Of a stretch of DNA of 32,000 bases, positions 1 through 7,631 are shown one piece after another. Source of the DNA: Candidatus Saccharimonadota bacterium (GTDB lineage: Bacteria; Patescibacteriota; Patescibacteriia; 2-12-FULL-60-25); the NCBI GenBank assembly GCA_023898425.1, contig CP060222.1:660001-692000 (forward strand), read 5' to 3'. How positions within the stretch are numbered: position 1 is the stretch's first letter; each line of letters opens with the position of its first letter. The position numbers and the translations under genes were made by a program. The notes under the pieces were generated by a model that ran no database searches, was not told where the DNA came from, and worked only from the letters and a program-made list of their open reading frames with translations.

Positions 1-1430
1 AAGCCCGTTGGTGACTGACGAGGATTCATTGGAGCGTAGGTTGGCTGAGCAACATGCGGCTGTCTTGGCGCAGGAGATGGTGCTGGCTTTGCTACTGGCT
101 CTATTGGTGGAAGCTCTTCTTCGTATTCTTCTTCGTCTTCTTCAAGATCCTCTTGTTGACCGTGCTGTTGCGTAAGGCCACCTAAAACCTGTCTAAAGAA
201 TCCTCCACGTGACTCTTGTTGTGGTGGCATCTGTGGTCTTGGCTGAGCAATTGGAGCACGCTCAAGCGGAGCTACAGGCTCTTGTGGCATTGGTTGCGCT
301 GCTGGCGCTTGGGACATTGAACGCGGCGAGTAGTGTTGTTGCGGCGCCTGTGTTGGGGCTGGTGTCGGAGCAGCTGCAGGCGCAGAATTCATCGCTGACT
401 GTTGAGCCGGCGTCTGAGGAGGAACCTGTTGCGGAATAGGTGCCGAAACTTTTGATCCTTTGCTTGAAATCGGCAAGCCTTTTTCGAAGCCCGTTGCGAC
501 GACGGTAATTTTGACCTCGTCCTTCATGCCTTCGTCCACGGTTGTACCAAAAATAATACGCGCCTGTGGATCTGCGGATTGTGTGATGATTTTCGCCGCC
601 TCTGAAACTTCGTACATTCCGAGATTTGAGCCACCCGTAATTACAAAGAGAATGGCTTTTGCTCCATCAATAGAAACTTCAAGCAATGGTGAGGCGATCG
701 CTGCTTTTGCCGCATCTCCCGCACGATTATCACCATGACCACGACCAATACCCATTAAGGCGCTACCACGATTTGCCATAACCGAACGTACATCGGCAAA
801 ATCCACGTTAATCAAACCAGGTACGGTAATAAGTTCTGAAATACCCTGAACACCCTGTCTTAATACATCATCAACCGTTTCGAAAGCTTCGATAAGTGAA
901 GTGCGACGATCAATAATTTGTAAAATACGATCATTGGGGATTGTGATGATTGTATCTACATTGGCTGCAAGTTTTTCGTAGGCTTGATCTGCAATCGTAC
1001 GACGTTGTGCTCCTTCAAAAGCAAAAGGTTTTGTGACAACAGCGACCGTAAGTGCGCCCAATTCTTTTGCAACTTGTGCGATATAAGGACTAGCACCAGA
1101 ACCAGTACCACCACCTAGACCACAGGTAATAAAGACCATGTCTGCGCCTTTGAGCGCTTCGCGAATTTCGTTTTGGCTTTCTTCGGCAGCTTTAAAACCC
1201 ATTTCTGGATCCATACCTGCACCAAGACCACGCGTGACTGTTTTGCCCACGTGGATTTTGTGTTGTGCCATGGAGTGATGCAAAGCTTGCACATCCGTAT
1301 TCATCGCAATAAATTCAACGCCGCGGATTTTAGACGCGACCATACGATTAATCGAAGATCCGCCGGAACCTCCGACGCCAACGACTTTGATTTTGGCAAA
1401 GGTTTCAATTTCAGGTTTGACTTCGGCCAT
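1..1430 (-). CDS. ftsZ: Cell division GTPase FtsZ; the C-terminus runs off the left window edge
   Basis: Absent from the ORF track because there is no stop inside the window. Reverse translation from the ATG (complement of 1428..1430) gives MAEVKPEIETFAKIKVVGVGGSGGSSINRMV...ITCGLGGGTGSGASP, which carries the tubulin/FtsZ GGGTGSG signature. I checked the frame codon by codon and it stays open down to nt 3. Confidence 0.95.
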   Translation of the reverse strand, partial: MAEVKPEIETFAKIKVVGVGGSGGSSINRMVASKIRGVEFIAMNTDVQALHHSMAQHKIHVGKTVTRGLGAGMDPEMGFKAAEESQNEIREALKGADMVFITCGLGGGTGSGASPYIAQVAKELGALTVAVVTKPFAFEGAQRRTIADQAYEKLAANVDTIITIPNDRILQIIDRRTSLIEAFETVDDVLRQGVQGISELITVPGLINVDFADVRSVMANRGSALMGIGRGHGDNRAGDAAKAAIASPLLEVSIDGAKAILFVITGGSNLGMYEVSEAAKIITQSADPQARIIFGTTVDEGMKDEVKITVVATGFEKGLPISSKGSKVSAPIPQQVPPQTPAQQSAMNSAPAAAPTPAPTQAPQQHYSPRSMSQAPAAQPMPQEPVAPLERAPIAQPRPQMPPQQESRGGFFRQVLGGLTQQHGQQEDLEEDEEEYEEELPPIEPVAKPAPSPAPRQPHVAQPTYAPMNPRQSPTG

Positions 1431-1560
1431 AGATTGAGTACATCAGAGGTTCAAAAAGAGTGATAACTAAGAGAAAAATCGTTCCTACCTATTACGTTAC
1501 GCACCGGGGTGGATCGGGTCAAGACGGATCCGTCAAGGGTACGTCCTTAGAGGGGATTAC

Positions 1561-2820
1561 CTATGGAATGAACGATTTAAAGATCTTTTTTAGTGGTCCG
1601 CCGACCTTTTTTAGCAATTGGTCACCACTTGCAACAGCACTTGAGCGAATACCTTGAGCACCACGCTCATCTTCGTATCCCCATTGCAAGAGACTGATTA
1701 CCGTAGCATAGGCAGGATCTTTTGCGATTTCGATAAGTGGCGTGTGGATAGTGGAGCCTGAAGCGACAACAGCTGGTAAGCGCAATACTCGTCGCGCTAC
1801 GTCTACAATACCACGTGTTTTTGCGCCACCGCCCGTGATAACAACACCAGCCGATAACATTCCTGAACGGCCAATTTTTTGGAGCTCTTCTTCTATTTTT
1901 TCAAAAATTTCTTCTAAACGCGCAACAGCGATATCTGAAATATAACGCGGGTAAGCAAATTCAGATTCTGGCGCACCCAGCTCTTGCAGATCAATCGCCT
2001 CCGTATTGGACATATTTTCTGAAACACCATGCACAAAATGCCACTTACATTGCTCTGCCACCTCTAATGAAGTTTGTAATCCAAGCGCAATATCTCGCGT
2101 AACGTGATCAGAACCAATAGGCAAAATGACCGCGTGTAATAGCTCTCCGTCTTCAAAAACAGCGAGAGATGTTGTAGTGGCACCAATATTAACGAGCGCT
2201 GAACCCAAATCGCGTTGACGTGGTGTTAAAAATGCCTCTGCTGTTGCGAGTGGAGAAAAAACAAGCCCAGTAACATCAACATTGGTACGCATGACAGATT
2301 GCGTAATATTACGCACATGTCCAACGAGACCCTGAATAACACAGACCTCTGCTTCAAGACGAGCGCCTTGCATACCAACAGGATCTTTAATGGATTGTTG
2401 CCCATCAATGGTGAATCTCTGTGGTAAACGATGTAAGACTTCGTAATTTGCAGAGTGAGAACTTTGAGCCGCATGCTCAAGCACGCGACGATAGTCTTCT
2501 TCGCGAATACCGTCTGGATTAGAAATACCGACAACGCCTTTTGTTGGCTTTACTTGTACTTGTGCCCCACCAACACCTACATAGACCTCTGTAACAGGAA
2601 TACCAATATTACGTTCAACACGATCCAAAACAGCTGATACAGCGCTTGTTACATCATCCAAAGACTGAACGGCGCCTTTCGAAATACCTACGGACAATAC
2701 CTCGTCCGCTCCAATCATTGAGAGAATTTCGCGGCGATCCGAATCTACCGTCACTTGCCCAACGGCAAGACGGATTGCGGAACTTCCTAGGTCAATGGCG
2801 GCAATAAAGCGATCTCTCAT
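1561..2820 (-). CDS. ftsA: Cell division protein FtsA (actin-like ATPase)
   Basis: 419-aa ORF starting MRDRFIAAIDLGSSAIRLAVGQ..., the actin-fold phosphate-1 motif. It has an FtsA-like layout and sits directly upstream of ftsZ in the canonical ftsA-ftsZ order. ATG at 2818..2820. Confidence 0.9.
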   Translation of the reverse strand: MRDRFIAAIDLGSSAIRLAVGQVTVDSDRREILSMIGADEVLSVGISKGAVQSLDDVTSAVSAVLDRVERNIGIPVTEVYVGVGGAQVQVKPTKGVVGISNPDGIREEDYRRVLEHAAQSSHSANYEVLHRLPQRFTIDGQQSIKDPVGMQGARLEAEVCVIQGLVGHVRNITQSVMRTNVDVTGLVFSPLATAEAFLTPRQRDLGSALVNIGATTTSLAVFEDGELLHAVILPIGSDHVTRDIALGLQTSLEVAEQCKWHFVHGVSENMSNTEAIDLQELGAPESEFAYPRYISDIAVARLEEIFEKIEEELQKIGRSGMLSAGVVITGGGAKTRGIVDVARRVLRLPAVVASGSTIHTPLIEIAKDPAYATVISLLQWGYEDERGAQGIRSSAVASGDQLLKKVGGPLKKIFKSFIP

Positions 2821-3188
2821 AGTGAAAATACGACATCAATAACCCGTGGTCCGGCAATAAAAATGCCGACACAAAGGGCAAAAACGGAGGCAATCAATAC
2901 CGAAGCGGCCATTAAATCCTTTACTTCACCGGCATATTCATGCAGGCGTGGCTTCGCGAGATCTACCAAGCGTTCTAAACTACTGTTCGCCAATTCTAGC
3001 ACGAGCACAAGCACTGTCACAAGCAAGAGCGCGAATCTCTCCCAAAGCTCAAAAGGCAAGGCAAAAACAACAATTACTACCAAGACGGCAGCAAGGCTGT
3101 GGATACGAAAATTACGCTCTGTTCTAAAAGCAGTTACGATCCCTCGTAAAGCATTCTGAAAGCTACGCCAAAGACTGCGTCCGTTCAT
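2817..3188 (-). CDS. dgkA: Diacylglycerol/undecaprenol kinase, DgkA family
   Basis: 123 aa with three hydrophobic helices. The motif LELANSSLERLVD matches the prokaryotic DAGK E-x-x-N-[ST]-x-[IL]-E...D signature. It lies next to ybeY, as in many genomes. Its stop overlaps the ftsA start (ATGA). Confidence 0.85.
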   Translation of the reverse strand: MNGRSLWRSFQNALRGIVTAFRTERNFRIHSLAAVLVVIVVFALPFELWERFALLLVTVLVLVLELANSSLERLVDLAKPRLHEYAGEVKDLMAASVLIASVFALCVGIFIAGPRVIDVVFSL

Positions 3189-3622
3189 ACGTTCATGATC
3201 CTCTCTAGGAGCTCTTCTTGCAAGCGAAACATCACCATCTCCTCATCTTCAGTAGCATGATCGTATCCCTTAAGGTGTAAAACCCCATGGATCATCAATC
3301 GAAGCAATTCTTCTCGTGCTGAGATAGCACGACGCTTGGCTTCTCTTGTGGCATAAGAAGGACAAATAACAATATCCCCTAACTCAAATTCTACGGGTGA
3401 TTGCATCGCTGGATCTGCGTTAAATGAAAGCACATCTGTAGGTTTATTTATCTTGCGATACTGCTTATTTAATGTCTGAATTCGTTTTGGCGTGACAAAA
3501 GAAAGACTCACTAAGGTTGCCTTTCGTATTTTTAATTTTTTTGATAATAATTCTGCAGCGCGCGTGATATCGCGTTCAGAAAGCACTTTTGGCAAAGCCG
3601 TAACTCGTGTGAATTGGATCAT
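3185..3622 (-). CDS. ybeY: rRNA maturation endoribonuclease YbeY
   Basis: 145 aa containing HGVLHLKGYDH, the YbeY zinc-binding H-x-x-x-H-x-x-x-x-x-H motif. ATGA overlaps occur at both ends. Confidence 0.9.
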   Translation of the reverse strand: MIQFTRVTALPKVLSERDITRAAELLSKKLKIRKATLVSLSFVTPKRIQTLNKQYRKINKPTDVLSFNADPAMQSPVEFELGDIVICPSYATREAKRRAISAREELLRLMIHGVLHLKGYDHATEDEEMVMFRLQEELLERIMNV

Positions 3623-4998
3623 GGTGATGTTGTTGTGACATTAGGAATATCGACGGTACTTGTTGTCGTGACGGTATTTTCTGTTATTGCTGTAGTGGTA
3701 GTTGTAGCACCCACAACATCACCAGGACCATTTAACAAAGATTCTTCTGGAGGGATCATTTGTACCGGTGCGCCTTCGAGCTCTAGCGAGTTCAACATCA
3801 TCTCATAAATCGTGCGGTAATTGATATACGGCTTACTATCTGGATTGTATTTGAAGATAAAGACGCGTTCTCCCCAGGTGAATACCGCCTCTAAGCGATC
3901 TGGGCTCAAAATCCCCTCTAGACCTTGCTTTGTGGTTAATGAACGCAACATATCAGCCGTTGTTGTAGGACTTTTTGTAAGATACCAATCTTTTGCCGAG
4001 AGCTGCTGTGTATTTGGTACTACCTCGATCAAAAATCTTTCTCCTTGTCCCGTAACAATACTTGCTCTCTCGCCATCCGCGATATCCATCGAGCTCGTCC
4101 AAGCGGATGGCACGATAATCGACCAACCAATCGAGCCTTTAAACGATTTTACTAAGGTTGTATCTAAAATTTTTACTGGTGCTTGTGCCGCAGGATTATA
4201 AAGATGGAATACTTCGTTACCATCTAAGAACCCATCACGATCCGTATCGGGATTACGAGGATCTGTTGAGAAGACAAGCTCCTCGCTATCAGACAAACCA
4301 TCCGAGTCAGAATCAAGTCCTCCAGGTGGCAAAGACGGCGTCACGGGTTGCGCCGAAGCTACCGTCGCTAATGCTTCTGCAGAAGCAGGAGAAGCCCCGC
4401 CTTCGTTAACAGCAGAAATACGATATCGATAACTCAAACCAGCCGAAACACTTACATCAAGAAAAGATGTGCTATTTGCAGGTAGATTCGTCAAAATAGC
4501 AAAAGCTCCATCCGCCGTAGCGCGCTCTAAACGGAAACCTGTTTCGTCATTGGTTGCATCCAACCAAGTTAAGGTAATAGCTTGTGTACCACTCACTGAT
4601 GTCGCCATGATATTTGCTGGCGTTTGTGGAGGTGACTTTACAGGAGTTTCAATAACGGGAGGCGTTGTTACAATAGGTTCTTTTTTACCAAAAAGCGCTT
4701 CGCGATTTACATAAGCAAAACCACCACCGATCAAAAGCAAAATAATCAGCGCAAGAGCAATATATGGCCAAGGCGAAGGCTTTTCTTCTGCCATAGGAAC
4801 CAAAGCCTGTTTTGGCTTTGGTGGTGGCGGTGGTGTAGCGGGAGCAGGTGTTGGTGTTGCTTCTTTGGCCTCCATTTCGCGCGCATCCATCTTTAAAGCG
4901 ACGCCGTAGTATTTCTCCGGCATCACCACGATCTCTGGGGATCGTTTTGGTGACGATGGCGCTTCTGTGGGCGCTTTTGTCGCTTCAAAGGGATTCAT
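3619..4998 (-). CDS. Single-pass membrane protein: Pro-rich N-terminus, TM helix, FN3 domain, thrombospondin-type-3-like Ca-binding repeats, unknown C-terminal domain
   Basis: 459 aa. TM helix PWPYIALALIILLLIGGGFAYV at about aa 76-97. FN3-like segment ITLTWLDATNDETGFRLERA...YRYRISAVNEGGASPAS. Acidic repeats DSDSDGLSDSEELVFSTDPRNPDTDRDGFLDGNEV at about nt 4195..4317. Confidence 0.75.
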   Translation of the reverse strand: MNPFEATKAPTEAPSSPKRSPEIVVMPEKYYGVALKMDAREMEAKEATPTPAPATPPPPPKPKQALVPMAEEKPSPWPYIALALIILLLIGGGFAYVNREALFGKKEPIVTTPPVIETPVKSPPQTPANIMATSVSGTQAITLTWLDATNDETGFRLERATADGAFAILTNLPANSTSFLDVSVSAGLSYRYRISAVNEGGASPASAEALATVASAQPVTPSLPPGGLDSDSDGLSDSEELVFSTDPRNPDTDRDGFLDGNEVFHLYNPAAQAPVKILDTTLVKSFKGSIGWSIIVPSAWTSSMDIADGERASIVTGQGERFLIEVVPNTQQLSAKDWYLTKSPTTTADMLRSLTTKQGLEGILSPDRLEAVFTWGERVFIFKYNPDSKPYINYRTIYEMMLNSLELEGAPVQMIPPEESLLNGPGDVVGATTTTTAITENTVTTTSTVDIPNVTTTSP

Positions 4999-5001
4999 AC
5001 A

Positions 5002-5940
5002 TTAGGGGTTGAGTTTTGGCACCTCACACGTTGGTGTAGCGCACTTTCCGTCTCCACGGGGATTATAACCATTCTTAACCTCGTCACCATCCGGATATGT
5101 ATCTTTATCGGTATCTCTATTTAAAGGATTGGTGCCGTAAATTTTATTTTCATCACCATCTGTTAAACCATCACCGTCAGAATCTGGATTATTTGGATCT
5201 AAGCCTAGCTCGATCTCTTGTTGATCAGATAAACCGTCCTTATCAGTATCAACAACGCTCGTTGTAGATGGTGATGGTACCACTACAGGTGTTGATGTGG
5301 ATGGTAAAGGGATATTAACGCCAGAAGGAGGGATCGTGACCGGAGGTGGTAATGTTAATCCGCCCTTTGTTGTATCAACCTCTGTATCCGTTGACGTAGT
5401 CTCATTACTCGTTGGCGTAGTTGGGATAGGTGTTACCACATTTGTTGTTGTCGCCTGTGGAACGGTGTTTACAACAGGATCTTTTAACGTTGTGTCATTA
5501 GAGTTTTTATTGATCAATGTATAGATACCAAAAGCAGCTCCACCTAGTAAAACCAAAATCAATAAAGCAAGTAGCGCGACCTTCACCATAGATGGGCCCG
5601 TTGATGACGGTACTGGCGCCATTGCAGGCATCACCGGTGTACGCACAGGAGCACGGGTTGGCGCAGAATCCGCAAACATATCTTCTGGCTCTTGTGGCTT
5701 TGAAGACATGTCTTTATCTGTCATAGCCTCCGTAGGCATAGACTGAATTTCTGGACGTTGAGCTGCAACAGGCGCAGGAGCATTAAGCGCATCAGGCAAA
5801 GGGCGCACCGGCGTTGGTGTCGGTGAGTTTGATGCTGGTCTAGGTGTTGCTACCTGAGTTGGCTCAGGTGCTGCCATGGATTCTAATGCTTCGTCCGATA
5901 CATCGTCGGGTGCAAATGGTAAATTGTTTGGCGGATTCAT
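5002..5940 (-). CDS. Single-pass membrane protein with Pro/Thr-rich regions and a C-terminal TSP3-like Ca-binding repeat tail
   Basis: 312 aa. TM helix VALLALLILVLLGGAAFGIY. The tail reads DTDKDGLSDQQEIELGLDPNNPDSDGDGLTDGDENKIYGTNPLNRDTDKDTYPDGDEVKNGYNPRGDGKC (about nt 5005..5256). Confidence 0.72.
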   Translation of the reverse strand: MNPPNNLPFAPDDVSDEALESMAAPEPTQVATPRPASNSPTPTPVRPLPDALNAPAPVAAQRPEIQSMPTEAMTDKDMSSKPQEPEDMFADSAPTRAPVRTPVMPAMAPVPSSTGPSMVKVALLALLILVLLGGAAFGIYTLINKNSNDTTLKDPVVNTVPQATTTNVVTPIPTTPTSNETTSTDTEVDTTKGGLTLPPPVTIPPSGVNIPLPSTSTPVVVPSPSTTSVVDTDKDGLSDQQEIELGLDPNNPDSDGDGLTDGDENKIYGTNPLNRDTDKDTYPDGDEVKNGYNPRGDGKCATPTCEVPKLNP

Positions 5941-5957
5941 AGGCGTTTATTCGTTGA

Positions 5958-6497
5958 TTATACAGGTTGATACAGCGCATCTCCCTCTCCTAATGGATTA
6001 TACCCGTTTTTGATTTCATCCGCATCATTGAAGCCATCACCATCGGTATCAGCCTTATTTGGATCGGTGCCGTAGCGGGCTTCTTCGGTGTCGGGGATGG
6101 AGTCGGAGTCTGAGTCAAGCGAGCTATCTATGCTATTAGATTCATCCACATTTAAATCACTGTTTACCTCTTCTAATACATCTGGCTGTGGATTTAGGGC
6201 TGCTTTTGCTAATTGTTCATTGATGGTGGTAGCAATGTTTTCTTCAGTAGCTTCTACATGACCTTCTGTATAAAACCCTTCGCTTGGCGGATTAGCTATC
6301 CTCTCCACGGACAAGACCGGTATATCATTCGTTGAGGTTGCTTTATTTGTGCCAGATATGACATCAGATACCGTAACCGACACTCCTTCATCGGCTATCT
6401 CTCTATTTCTAAGCCAATAGATACCCGTCAACAATAATGAAATTCCTGTAACCACTGTTAAGATAAAAACGTTTTTTTTGTTGATTGTATTGATCAT
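5958..6497 (-). CDS. Signal-anchored small protein with a C-terminal TSP3-like Ca-binding repeat tail
   Basis: 179 aa. N-terminal hydrophobic anchor VFILTVVTGISLLLTGIYWL. The tail DSDSDSIPDTEEARYGTDPNKADTDGDGFNDADEIKNGYNPLGEGD shares its EVKNGYNP/EIKNGYNP ending with the 312-aa neighbour. Confidence 0.68.
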   Translation of the reverse strand: MINTINKKNVFILTVVTGISLLLTGIYWLRNREIADEGVSVTVSDVISGTNKATSTNDIPVLSVERIANPPSEGFYTEGHVEATEENIATTINEQLAKAALNPQPDVLEEVNSDLNVDESNSIDSSLDSDSDSIPDTEEARYGTDPNKADTDGDGFNDADEIKNGYNPLGEGDALYQPV

Positions 6498-6503
6498 ATT
6501 ACT

Positions 6504-7631
6504 TTATCTTGCATCCCTGAAATTTAGGTACGTCACTCCAGAATCCTCTCCAGTGACCCGGCATTGAGAATTGATAAGCTTGTTCTGTATTGTTATATCC
6601 CCTGTTTTTTCGTTCTGTGAAAAGACATGCCACGCATGAACGTCCGTAGACGTACCTATACCACACGATGTCTTTGACGCAATATCTTTATAATTTAGAG
6701 TATACATATTTTGCGATGTGATCACACGAACACGTAGCCCTAACAATCCTGCATAGGTTTCAGGGTAACGCAATCTGAACGTCCCATCATTATACTCAGT
6801 CTTATAAGTGAAATCTACGATATATTGATAGTTGCCCGTGCCTGTATTCCAGCTAGGGTCTCTACGATAGGCGTCTGTACGTGGGAAAGAATTAGATATT
6901 CCAAATGGATAATTACAGTGTAAATTTATATTTGAATTATCATTTGGAGACGCATTATCTGGTAACACATATCTACCTGGACTTACCTTATCTTTTTGTG
7001 ACCAAGGCGTATAACAAGCCAGATAGGCATGTGGCCAATGCCCTAGATCTATATTCATATCTCCTCTATAAAAATCACGGAAACAATCAATATTGTCTTG
7101 ATTATTTTGCGATGTCCAATTACATGGGTGACTTGGCTCAAACTTGTAAGGACTAGCTGATAAGCGAGTACCATAAGCTACGTCATTACCATCACGATGC
7201 CCCATACTTGGTGGCAAGTACAACCTATTTGTAAAGTATTGGGTTAGATGCTCATTACCACTAGTCTCAGTACCATCAAGAATAACGTAGGTTTCGTTTT
7301 GAGCTACTTTTGGCGCAAGATATAACTTTGCAATCTCCGATCTACTATTGAACGAAAATTGATTTGATTCATATGGCCAGTAACCTCCATTAGCTCCCTC
7401 ATCTGGTTCTGGGATATTTTTGAATGGTTCATCTGGGCTTATTGCTGGATCATAATCTGTAAATTTAACAGGGTTTGTCCCAGGGATAGGCATTCTGTAT
7501 GGGCTATTGTTTACTGTGTATTTCAATACACCCCAAGGCTGTCCATCACATCCATTAAAAGGTCTTCCGGTTTTGACCCCGTACAAATATTGTCTTTGTA
7601 ATAATCGACCACGATTTTGTAGCTTGAACAT
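6504..7631 (-). CDS. Hypothetical Asn/Tyr/Trp/Cys-rich protein with no recognisable family; start uncertain (ATG 7631 or ATG 7493)
   Basis: 375-aa ORF. The first 109 nt overlap the giant gene in another frame. Starting at M47 (7491..7493) removes the overlap. No signal peptide from either start. Six Cys lie after M47. The region is visibly more AT-rich than its neighbours. Confidence 0.6.
   Translation of the reverse strand: MFKLQNRGRLLQRQYLYGVKTGRPFNGCDGQPWGVLKYTVNNSPYRMPIPGTNPVKFTDYDPAISPDEPFKNIPEPDEGANGGYWPYESNQFSFNSRSEIAKLYLAPKVAQNETYVILDGTETSGNEHLTQYFTNRLYLPPSMGHRDGNDVAYGTRLSASPYKFEPSHPCNWTSQNNQDNIDCFRDFYRGDMNIDLGHWPHAYLACYTPWSQKDKVSPGRYVLPDNASPNDNSNINLHCNYPFGISNSFPRTDAYRRDPSWNTGTGNYQYIVDFTYKTEYNDGTFRLRYPETYAGLLGLRVRVITSQNMYTLNYKDIASKTSCGIGTSTDVHAWHVFSQNEKTGDITIQNKLINSQCRVTGEDSGVTYLNFRDAR

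Noticed and set aside
209-1657. Plus-strand ORFs 209..439, 460..738, 1173..1463 and 1460..1657.
   Set aside because: They are antisense to the clearly recognisable ftsZ coding sequence or span the ftsA-ftsZ spacer. They have no motifs or signals.
5020-5040. RGD tripeptide (YNPRGDGKC) in the 312-aa protein as an integrin-binding motif.
   Set aside because: A three-residue motif inside a D/G-rich repeat is expected by chance, and the paralogous position in the 179-aa protein reads LGEGD.
6472-6479. A8 tract at codons 6-9 of the 179-aa surface gene as a phase-variation switch.
   Set aside because: Homopolymers of 7-8 A/T are common in this window, including inside pgk (26061..26068), so the tract is not distinctive on its own. 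It is in frame here.
2817-7525. Possible alternative genetic code with TGA read as an amino acid, as in some candidate-phyla lineages.
   Set aside because: TGA ends the 459-aa gene, ybeY, dgkA and the giant gene exactly where the next gene starts (ATGA overlaps). Reading through the giant gene's TGA adds only 3 codons before a TAA. All family-recognisable proteins have normal lengths under the standard code.
6504-7631. Possible diversity-generating retroelement target, given the Asn-rich variable-looking protein next to surface genes.
   Set aside because: The window has no reverse transcriptase gene, and I could find no second copy (template repeat) of any part of this ORF.
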